Source: Amphiscolops sp. MND2022 (taxonomy: Eukaryota). Taken from it: a DNA stretch of 64,000 nucleotides. The DNA is taken from assembly GCA_964187785.1 (NCBI GenBank), contig OZ076418.1, positions 23,126,001 through 23,190,000 on the forward strand, read 5' to 3'. Position numbers and translations under genes: made by a program. The notes under the pieces were generated by a model. That model searched no databases. It saw only the letters and a list, made by a program, of their open reading frames with translations, and was not told the origin of the DNA. Positions 39,901 to 51,900 of the stretch are shown piece by piece. The stretch's first letter is position 1, and every line of letters begins with the position of its first letter.

Positions 39901-42900
39901 TAGAAATCTGTCACTTCGTCGGTCTTAAGAAAAGAAGAAAATGAAAAGCCACTACTAAAGTCTGCTCTGTTACAAAAGCGCTGACTAAAACCAGAAAATT
40001 ACAAAAGTTGTTGATGAAATCCACAACCTAATGTTTTTTGGGAGAAAAGATATTCAATTCCGCGCGGTTGGAGCCGAATAAAAAAAATCGCCTTTTTACA
40101 GGGTGTCCCAGAAAGAGTATCAACCGCGTTCTTTTATCGAGAGTTAGACAATTGAATGAAATTTTCGAATGGAAAGTTTGTTCACGTTACTTGATAGCGG
40201 AAGGAAGTAAAACTTGTTTCGGTTGGTGTCGCAGGCCATCACTGCCACCTGCGATGGTATGCGGTATGAAGTAGCTCCGGAAAACACCAACACGGTACTG
40301 CTACCGGAAGTACTTACGCTGTGAATGAAATAAACCTAAGGTTTTTGCGGCCACAGCAGACATTTCTTCTGACAAAACTTTATTGTATTTAGTCGGCGCT
40401 TTTCTAGTGAAAAGTGTCCAACTCTTACAGTGGCTAGTTTTTTTTCGTCAGACTACAATCTCACTCTGATTGGACCACTTTTCTTACAATCGAAACTACT
40501 AAAACTACTACCATAAGGCCAAGTCCGGTCAGCGTAAATTAGTGCAAAAGGGTCCCCCCTTTCATTTTTCACTTTTTTAACGTAACCGACAAAACCGGAC
40601 GAGACTAAAGAGTCTCCCTTTCGATTTTTTCGGCATTGTGCGACTTTTTTCGAAATTTTTTAATGTCTCAAAAGAGTCCCCCTTTCGAGTTTTTTGATAT
40701 TTTGCAACAGAATATATGTTAATAAAGCCCAAAGGGTCCCTCCTTTTACATTTTTCGGCACTATGCGACATTTTCTGAAAGAAAAAAATTTCAAGTTTTT
40801 TTCAAAAAAAGGCTTTTGCGATTTTTGAGCCTTAGATATAGCGCCGACTTTAGACGTTCCCGTCTTGTTTTTTATAATGTACAATCTTTTTCTGTTTCTT
40901 TATATTTATTTAATCAGTCATGTAAAAGTATAAAATTCATGAGCATATGCACCAGTAGTTTATAAATAGTGAAATCAATGTAGAATCTGCTAGAATGTTT
41001 AATTGCGAAATTGTAAGCCAAATTGAAAAGAAGCTAGATGAGATCAAAGCAGATCTAAATTCCCAAATCTTACTACCTATAAACTCAGCAATAGCTGAGA
41101 AAGTCCTTCCAACCCTTCAAAATAGTCTTGGAACGCAGAAAAACGGATTAATGCAAAAATGACCTTCGGTCCAGTGCCAATTTCGCAATTATTCATTCTA
41201 GCAGATTCTACATTGATTTCACTATTTATAAACTACTGGTGCATATGCTCATGAATTTTATACTGTTACATGACTGATTAAATAAATATAAAGAAACAAA
41301 AAAAGATTGTACATTGTAAAAAACAAGACGGGAACGTCTAAAGTCGGCGCTATATCTAAGGCTCAAAAAGCGCAAAAGCCTTTTTTTGAAAAAAACTTTC
41401 AGAAAATGTCGCATTGGGCCACATAGGAGCCCCGAAGTAGAAAAGAGCCGTAAAAGACGGGAGAATTACCTCAGAATGAATTCAAATCATAGTAACTGAG
41501 ATCGGTATAGAAGGAAGAGCTCAGCAGACTCGCAGAACAGCGATAAAGGTTACGACAGTTGGGTTTTCGCCGTTCAATTTCAGTAAAACGTGTGTTTAAA
41601 TCGTGCTTTCCGAAGATCAAAAACTGTTCATTTTAAAGAAATTTTCTTTCTCTGAAAGCCCAAAAACTGTACAATCCGAAATTTCGTGTACAGTTTTTGG
41701 GCTTCCAGAGACAGAAAACTTCTTGAAAATGAACAATTTAACTGGTCCTACCTTTATAGCTTTGGCCTCCAGCACAGATCCATGTATCATCATCAGGTTG
41801 TACACATTGCAAAAGAATGCGAATCGCTGCTCGTCATTTTCCAAAGACTGGCACTTGATATTCTCCAAGGCAGAAGTTTCGTCCAAGATCGATTCCAGGT
41901 CGAAATTGTCGCATACAGCCATTAAGTCTTCACCTTTTATTACCCCACTGTTGTTGAAATTTTCTAAAAATAGATATGAGATGACGTCATTCAGTAAAAA
42001 GAGAAATGGACTCAAAAGATTTGGCAGAATAATGGAACAATTTGAAGAAATACGTTTGTTATGTTGTGTATGGCCGAATCTCACACAGTGTCAAAAATTA
42101 TAGAGTTCGGTTTTCGGTTGATTCTACATGACAGCAAAATATCAAATGACTCAAACAGGGCTTTAACTTGTGTCCTTTAGTAACTAGTCTGGTAACCGTC
42201 GATTTTGAAGAGGGTAAAACATTGAGGTAAGAGACACAAATCCAATGCAACAATGGGACCTTCCCTCTTAGTAAAAGCGCTAAAATTGCAATGAAAGAAA
42301 AAGGGCTAAAGGTTGAGATGTTTTGATTGACAGAGTAGACATTAAGAAAAAAACTATTCCTAACTTGAAGCTTTACTTACTTGCAAAGAAATCAACGACT
42401 CTGTCCAAAATGTCCTCCACTAGTTTATTGGGTGACTTCACTGGAAGCTGGATATCGCTGGAAGAAATGATAGAAATAGTATCTCCTAAATCAGGACTAG
42501 TTTGGGCCATGTCTTCTTCAACTGCAAATTTGACTTCCAGCAAATTCAGCGGCTTTTGCGAGCACCCCATTACAGAGTCAGCGTTGTACAGCAACGTGAG
42601 ACATCTCCATGGCAACGACACCTGCAACCTGTTGCATACCAACTCCGACAGGTCAATGAAAAGGTCTTCACACATTTTCTCCAGCGACGACAGAGCTTCG
42701 TTTTTGTTGAAAACCATGTCGCATACAATCTCAGTAGGGCTTTGAGTTAGTAGCAAGAAGGGACACTCGTACAGCTTCTTCACAGGCACAATTTTGTCAT
42801 CTGGGGTTCGAAGGTTCCATGGTTGACCGAGATTTTTCGTGAACTTCTTGTCGAACTCAATCAAATATGATGCAAACTTTTTGACGTATTCGTAGAACAC

Positions 42901-45900
42901 GTCCAAGAACAGAACCCGCGAAGGAGGCTCTGATTCGAAAGGCACATCGCGACGACTGCTGTGGAAGTACAGAGAACGAAGTACTGGGTCCGGTGCGCAG
43001 AAGGCCTTCAAGAAATCTTTAACAGCCTGAAATGATAACCTTCGTGGTATCGATAGCTTCCTAATAAATATGAAGAAACAGGCGATTAATTAACCTAATA
43101 CATTGATACAACAAGCCGGGAACGGCCCAAGTCGGCGCCATATCCAAGGCTCAAAAATAGCAAAAGGACTTCAAATTTCCAAGTATTGGTGAATTGGGAA
43201 CACTTTTACGAAAAATTTTTTTTCGAAAAAAGTCCCACAATGCCGAAAAAACTTAAAGGGAGGACCCTTTGGTCTCGTCCGGTATTGTATGTTACGCGGG
43301 AAATCTTTTTGGTTCAGTTCCTTGGGCCACCAGGTACATTTTGGCGTCTTCTGTAAATTTTGTAGAACTTTTGGTAGAACTATTTTGGTCAGTTCAGGTC
43401 TATTTTGGTCTTTAAAAAAAACACTGACGAAAAGCCATGACTATGGTCGACTCTTTTCTTAAAAAAAGCGCCGACTAAAAACACACTCGAAATGCGAATC
43501 AAAAGAAACTATACACCCAGTAACATCAAACTGCATGTAAACAAATACTACATTTAAACGGTTTTGGTTTTTATTAGTTGACTCATTTTATAAGAAAACG
43601 TGCCCAACTATCAAGGTGACTACCCAGTCGAGATAGCTTAAAATTTCTACATGATGTAGGCCTCCACGCAGGGTTACGTTTGATAAAACCTAAAAAGTCA
43701 GTAAGCTTCCGGTGGTAAATCCTGAAGGATTGCACTGCAGTTTAAACTACTACAATTTAAATGAAAAATTTTCCACTTCGTTGCCAACACGATCGAGTTG
43801 TATTCACACTTTGTTTCCTCAACAACTCATCTGATGTGACCGCCGCTTCCAAATAGCTACGCTGAAGACGATGGTAGCTGCAGTTTACAACGTGACCGAA
43901 GTCATTTTGCATAAAACGGCAGTAAAACTGGTAGCAATTTTGTTGCATTTAAAATTATAATTCTTTTTCAATGAAGCCTGTAAACTTCAAGTTTTAAAAT
44001 TGCCGTCTATTTAGTACGCTTCTTTCGAGAAACTTGATGAAAGTCGACCACAACAGGGAATAATTTTACATTCAAGTTTCGCTAAGAGTTTTAACAATTC
44101 ATAGTAAAAGTGGCTGGGAACTTTTCCGTGCATGCAAAAAGTTCAAACGATTCCTACGGGTCGTTTTTTATTCAAGACCTTAGATCTTACACTCAATGGT
44201 CCACTTTTTTAACAGACAGCGGCAAAGTCCTCCTGCTTCGGTGGTTCGGAGCACGCACAGGACTAAAAATCCATTGTTTTTAAATCTAGACGAGTCGAAG
44301 GTCCCCATTTTCCGGAAACTTTTCATATTTCAACAAAGGGTTCCCCTTTCGATTTTTTAAAATGTTTTCACTTACGGCAATTCGAATTTACAAAATTTTC
44401 AAAAACTTTGTTCGAAAGAAAAATTCACCGATTTGGAAATCTATGCTTTCAGAGCACAAAAAACTCACTATGGGTATCTTCCGGCACTCTTTATGAGGCT
44501 CTTCTTGAAAGCACCCTGAGAATATCCAAAATACTTTGCGCTTTTTGAGCCTTGAGCGGGGTGCCAACTTCAGACAATTTGGTCTTGTTTAATGTACAAA
44601 AAGAATATTATGTTTTTTCCAAGGCGTATCAAAATGTGATCAGAAGAGATGCACTGGAGTCTCACTTCATGAAGCTCATTTCGAGCAGCCTCGTCCGGGA
44701 CTTCCTCTACAGACGGAGAGGGAGCAGGTTGGACTTCGTGCGTGGGCACTTTGGTCAGTCTGGGAAATCTGGACTTGGCTATTGTGGCGGTAGACGTGGT
44801 CGTCACTCTGGTTGAAGATGTCAGAGGAGCGTGACCATGTTTGGACATCGTAGTCAGAGCAGAATCCAGAATTTTCAGAAGTTTCTTCCGCGAATTGACC
44901 TGATTTTTCTGACGGTCAGCAAAACTAAACAAACCACCGATTGGGAGATAGATTTAGCGACAACCTAAAGACTACAGTTTTACCTTCTTAATTTAATAAC
45001 AGTAAGTTCCATTTGAGCTATAGTAGAAAAAGCAGTCTGCATAACTGATAGAAAGTGAACTTGATTGTTAGTAAAAATGTTGTTAGAATAAAAACAAAGT
45101 TCAAATTGATGGCCATTTTAGACATGACGCCCAAGATCTAAAGCCTACACAGAGGCCAAAGGGTCCTTCCTTTGAGTTTTTCACAGCTTTTAACTGAGAC
45201 AAGAGTTTTTCTCCTTTCGATTTTTTTTCAAAATGTCCATAAAAACAGCCCTTCAGCACATTTGAAAGACTTCGTGCTCTTTGAACCTTCAGCGAAGCAC
45301 TGACATGAGTCGCTCTCGTCTTGCTCCCTTTTTTCTCCCGACCACAGAGCTCAAGCTAAATGGTCGCATTTTTACATACTTGTCGTCTGAGATCTGGAGT
45401 ACCGAAACATGCCAACGGGTCCACTTAGATTTTTTGAACATTTTTTCTTGAAACAAATAACTGAACAATAACACTTTCTCAAATACGGCCCCAGAGCATA
45501 TTTGAGACTTAGCGCTGTTTGAGCTTCCCCTGTTGTTCTCTTCTTTTTCCCCAAAAACACACACTAAATGGTCCAAACTTTGCAAGTACTTTCGTCATTG
45601 CATCAAAAATTCAGCGCCATCAATTCCAATTTAGATGATGTATAAACTTTTGTTTATGATTCAAAAACTTCTTCGCAAGAAAAGAAAATTTCCCTTCTAT
45701 TTGCTACAGCCACCGGTTACTAAAGAACAGCTGTGATATTTTTTCAGGCGCCTTAGAAGTTAGAAGTTGTACAAATTTTGAAGTACATTTCGTGACGTGG
45801 ACCAATAAGAGGAGGTTTCACTCACTATTTGTGCTTTTCGGCCTCGATTGGAACGGAGCTGTCGCTGAGCACCTCGACCAGACTGTTCTCCTGACAGGCG

Positions 45901-48900
45901 TCGCCCTCTAGCAAGTTCTTGAGGGTGACCACGGCGTAGTTGAAGCCTCCGATCTCGCCCGAGTTCCTCTTGGGTTCATACAGCTGAAGCTTCTCGCCCA
46001 CCTCGTCCCACACGTCTGAGAAGAGACAGAACATCAAGTCTGGTTTTTGTTCCTGTGGCATTTCGACTGCCTGGTGTTTGATGTAAGGTATTTTGTCTCC
46101 TGGTATTTGTCTTGTAACAGATTTTTTCAATCCAAAATTAATTATACGATACACAATAATTTGCAATTCATGAACACGCAGTTTTAATTTTTTGATGGTA
46201 CACGACAACACACTGGTATAGAGATCAACAAAGAAAAGTAGATGTCATAACATAAATGGTAGAAAAGAGAGACTGCTATTTTACAAGTCAACTGGTTTTT
46301 CGAGAAACAATACATTTCCACGACACTTTCCCAGATAAACAGCAAATTGGTCATGAAATATTATAACACTGTATCTGTGTAATCTAGAATTTAGACAAAA
46401 TACTTTCCCCAGTGACTTTATAACGGTCTTAATGGAATCCAAATCCACATTCACTCCAAAATATACTCACGTTCTATGCATATTCCCAGGTGAGAAAAAA
46501 ACCAGAAAATGTTGTAAAAATCATCTAACCTTGAGAAAGGTCAATAGTGAGGTCAACGGAGAGCGCACAGGTGCAGATGAGGTCAAAACGCACAGATATG
46601 TCAGTGTTGTCAATCATGTACTTCAAGTACTCGTCTTTAGTATTGCGGTCGAGGAATTTGGTGGCATTGTGTTCCTTGTCGCACCCCAACACAAAGTGCT
46701 CCACCATCTGAGGCACTGTCATCGACTCCAGGGTCATGCTCGCCCGATTCACTATCTTATCCAGAACCGACACATCAGCTGCACAAAAGTGTCAATGTTG
46801 CATAACTACATTTACTCAGGACTCCATAATTGCAAAGCTAGTTAAAACTTAGTTTAAAATATCTGCAAAAGTTCACATAAACAAATTTCTCACCAGCAAT
46901 TAAGTCTCAATCAGTAGAATTTAGCGACACCGCTGTTACTTTTTGGTATGAATTCATAAGTAGAAAGCAGAAACATTGTGAAATCGTCGGAAGAACTTGT
47001 ATCCAAAAATTTGAAAATTGTGAAATATTGATATTCTTTTGATTATTGTAACTAAGAAATACATCACAATATGGAAAATGACACGAGAATTGGAAATACG
47101 AGGGCCTTAGGATCCCTCATTCAAGCGGAATACCACAAATTATCTTTTTGGCGGGATTTGAGATTGGGATTGAAAAAACTCACCATCGTCGTCACTTTCT
47201 TCATCGAGGGTGAAGGCGCCTCGTCTCAAACTGCGCCCCCCTCCAGACCGAGCTTCCTTGAGGGCATACTCGGAAACATTCTTGAAAAGGGCCTCGTAGC
47301 TCTTCTCGATTCTCAGAATATCCTCCACGCTGCAGTCTTGAAGACCATATTGGTCCACGACCCTTCAAGGATGGTCACGTTTGATCACAAGAAAAAATCA
47401 AAAAAGCATGAAATGTGATACAAATTCCAGTAAAAAAACTGCTGAGTTGGCAAAACGCTGAAGAAAGTACAAAATCGACAAATGTTACGATAGTTTCAGA
47501 GCCCAATTAAAAGTTCAAAATAAAATGAGAATCCGAAAAAAGCTAAAGGCTGAAAAAACCTTAAAATCGTACCGAAATTAAGAAATCGAAAGCTTCGTCG
47601 TTGTTCCTATTGAAAACAAAAACTATAACAATTCACATTGTGAATGTGCAAATACGTAAAGAAAAACCTTGGTTGAAATCCAGAAAAAAATTAGAATATA
47701 CTTCTATATGCGTTTTCAATGGTGACCTACTGTGTTCGAGAGTGGGATAGTAACTTAGCAAACAGTTATTCAGTTATTGTGAAAAAGCAAATTTTTTTGT
47801 AAATTTTCGTTTTTTAGTCGGCGCTTCATGAAGTGAAACGCGACTATTATAGTGACTCTTTTTTTTCTATCCACACGAACTGACCAAAATAGTTCTTAAA
47901 AGTTCTACAAAATATTATGGTGTCAAATAGCACCATTTGGCCTAGCGAACTGGTCCAAAATGGTTTTACCTGTTTTTCCGCGTAACATATCATACCGGGC
48001 GAGACCAAAGAGTCCCCCCTTTCAATTTTTTTCGGCACTGCGAGACATTTTTTTTCGGATTTTTTTTCGAAATTTTTTTTCCTCAAAGGGTCCCCCCTGC
48101 ATTTTTTTGATGTTTTGCGACAGAATGGATGTTGGAAAACCCCAAAGGGTTCCTCCTTTCAGTTTTTTTCGGCATTGTGAGATTTTATCCCGAAAATAAA
48201 AAATTTTTTTCTTCAATTTTTTCATGTTTTGCGACAGAATGGATGTTGAAAAACCTCAAAGGGTCCCCCCTTTCAGTTTTTTGGCATTGTGAGACGTTAG
48301 CGCGCCACTCGGTCCATTTTTTTAGTATGTAATTTTTTCAAAAAAAAATTTCGAAAAATTTTCAATTTTCGACTACTGTAAACGAATACTTGACACTTGG
48401 AAGTCTTTTTGCTATTTTTGAGCCTTGGATATGGCGCCGACTTGGGCCGGTCCCGGCTTGTTTCAGTTACTTTTTTCCAGTGGCTCGGAAAAAACTATAT
48501 TGACACAAATAACAACTCAACCAAGTTAGTCCAATATATTTTCGATAAGGAAGAGAAATTTTGGTTTTCCTATATGATACAGTGGAAGCCGCTTATATGG
48601 GACGCCTCGGGACCGGGTATTCTTGTTTACTATATCCGTTGTCTCTTATATCAGTAGTACAATTGACCGGGCCATGTAGGCCAAGGGACCGAAATGTGCG
48701 TGCCAATTAAGTGTTGTCTCTTATACGCGTGTCCCATTTAAGCAGCTTCCACTGTATATGTTTCGTAATTTTTCATTGATTGCGAAAAAATCACAAAACT
48801 ATTTGGCATAAACTGTCCAAAATCGTTAAAAAAGTGGTTTTCATAACCATCGTAGAGAGACCCGATTCCAAAACTAAAAGCATCAATGACCTCGAGAATT

Positions 48901-51900
48901 GTTGATATTTCATGTTATGAGACATTTTGCTGAGTCTTTGATTTGATTGGTTTTTTTGACTACAAAATCACTGTCGAGGATAATGCGGTTTTAAAGTACA
49001 CCGCAAACATACTTATGGTCGGTAAGATTTCGGGCAATTATTTGGAAAACGTTCATGGTGCTATAATTTGTTGACGTCGTTAGCAACGTGGCCAGCCTAC
49101 CTTTCTGCCATGTCGAAATCTTTGCGCCAAATGCACTTGAAAACGAGAGAAATGGGGTCAGACAGCATCTGGTCAATGCATGAAAAGGCGTCGTGAGGAG
49201 TTTCAGATGTGCCTCTGCGGAGACACAAGCTACTCTTCTCTGAAACAACAACAACAGGAAACAGTCACAAGTTTCCACCCCGCTTAACCCTCCAAAAGAG
49301 CAAGAAGAAAACTGGAAAATCTCAATGTGGAAAAACATCCTTCTGGCTTCGAAACGCTTTTCTCATCTCAATATCAAAAAAATCAAAGGGAACACTTTGC
49401 TACTTTTTAGCCTCGTACTATGGCCCTAGACACATTTTAGAAGCAAAAAAGGAAGTAAAAAATGCTACACCGCTTTCGGTTTTAAGTGAACGTTTTGAGT
49501 GAACGTTATAGGTAATCTCCCGGAGATTACAACCAATAACAGAACAGTCCATCATTGAAAGCGCCCTGCCTGAGCAACTAGATTGACTACAAGGAAACAT
49601 AGATAACTATTGAAGTCACCATACGGAAGCTTCGCAGCGTATTGCGGAGTCTGAAATGTTCTGTACCCGCTCACCTCAAATCTCATGTGATCTATGATAT
49701 CGCTAGTCCTGGGTGTTCAGCCCAGTATGTGGGACAAACACAAAGACATCTGAAGACACGCTGCAAGGAGCACGCCAACGTGACAACTCCTGTCGGGTCG
49801 CACTTCAAGGATTGTGTTGGTCATACGGATTCTCTGATTGACAGTACTCGAACTATTGACACCGCCCGCAATTGCTGGAAACTCTCTGCACTTGAGGCTA
49901 TTTATATAGCTAAACAGTCCCCTACACTAAACTCCCGGGAGGAATTTAGGCAGCGACACTTGTCGCTGCGTTTTTAAACTCACATGTTGTATTATCTTTA
50001 AAGAACTCATGTGTCTTTCGAGTAACTTGGTTGCTTTTTGTTTTTTAGATATGGTTTTTAGACCTGATGATGATAGATAATCTACCGAAACATGTTGTCC
50101 TAATTTATTCTTGACTATTGAAGTCTCTGTTTGGATGTGATGAACTTCTGGTAGAGAAATATGAAACACTGGGCAACTTTAGCAAAGGAAATTCAAGTTA
50201 ACGAGAAAAACATTCACTTTTTGCTGTAATATGTTCAACGTGATAAACTAATACTCCGGAACATTTCTAAATATAACTCAACGTACCTGGGAACCCGCAC
50301 AAGTAATCAGCATCCGGACAAAACTTGCCGAAATTCTCTCCCACTTTCAGAGTAGTGACGAAAAGGAACCTGTTGACCGCTTCGTCCAGAACTGTCTCAA
50401 ACTTGGTCAGCCTGTCGGTGAAGGAGTTGTCATCGGTTTTGACCTCCGACAGTTTGGCCACGCCCTGTTTGAGAATGTGCAGCAAGTCTCGGATGAACGG
50501 AATGCTGGCTACGAAGCCGCTCTCTGAGAACTTGCCCACTGCGTTCGAAGAGTAGCCGTCCGATGATCTGGAACCTAACCAAAACCAACCATTCACACTA
50601 AATAGCATCATTCGACCCTTATATTCAAAAACGTTCTAACCAGACATTCAACTGATTAAAAATTGAAACGTTTAGGAACCCTAATGGTGAATCATTTACA
50701 CGCTTGAGCAGCTTTTTACCCATTGCAAACGAATTTCAACAAGATGTGGTAATAACAGAATACAAATGCCTGCCCTAATTATCAACTGTTTCGAATCTTC
50801 TCAGTTAGACAAAGTTTCTGTGTTCTCGCAAGCATTTCTCAATTTGACTTTTTTTCAGCGAAAACCAGTTGCTAAGAACTTGATGAGATTAGTCACAGTG
50901 TTTTAACCGAATTGTTATTTCTAAAAAGCGTTCAAACCAGGAACTTCTCAATTCATATGGGATACTTTATTCAATATTGTAAAGTTGATTAGTCTAATCG
51001 AAGCAACTGCGACCAGGTTCAATTCTAAAAAGTGATTCTCAACGAACAATAGCTTCAATGCGCGTTCGGATTTGAAAAATTGAAACGTTGACAAGATTTC
51101 GTTTCAGAATTTGAGCTACTAATTCAAAGATTCTGAATTACTAGAGTGGCTTCTATTCGAGAGCGGCTTGTAGTTCACATCTGCAAAACTTTCATTCATT
51201 CATATTTGAGAAGGATCCTTCTCGAGACATCACAATAAAGATGTTATGAATAACCTGTGGTTTCTAGCTCAGTGACAGTTCTCAAATCAGGGCTCTTCTC
51301 TTTCACTGGGGTAACAGAGATAGAAAATGAGCGGGGACTGAGTTCTTGGACGGAAAGAGACTTGGGTCTGTACATCTGGCTATCCTGTAAAACCATTGGA
51401 TCCAGAGCCGGCACTGATTCCTTCGCAATACTACCCGTCATACTTGGCGATGTCTTCTCCGTTAACTGAGCAGCCAACATGCTCGAAGAAGCCGCAATCT
51501 CAAACCGACTCATTATCTCCGGTTCTAGCTGACTGTACTTCACGAAAAGCAAGGAGAATAAGTTTTCCAGAGTTTCTACTTGTAACTGTGGCTGTAAAAT
51601 CAGAGACAACACTTTGGTGAGTTCCCTGAGAAGCTTGTTTGTGACTCCCTCATACATTTCGGAGGAGTCTGGCTCATGTCGACAGCTCTGTAGCAAAGCC
51701 TTGCATGCTATTTGGATGGCATCAAATGCATGGTACGTCTCGATGTCTCTTTGTGAATCAGTTTCCGCGGCTAAAACCAGAAACAGTCGCAAATTATTCA
51801 CTTCATTTGCCATTGGTATTTTCATTAGACGTCATTTGAGGGTTGTGAAACAAAGTATTAGAATTTTTGGTGGCATGCTACTATGCTATTTCAGCAGTTG

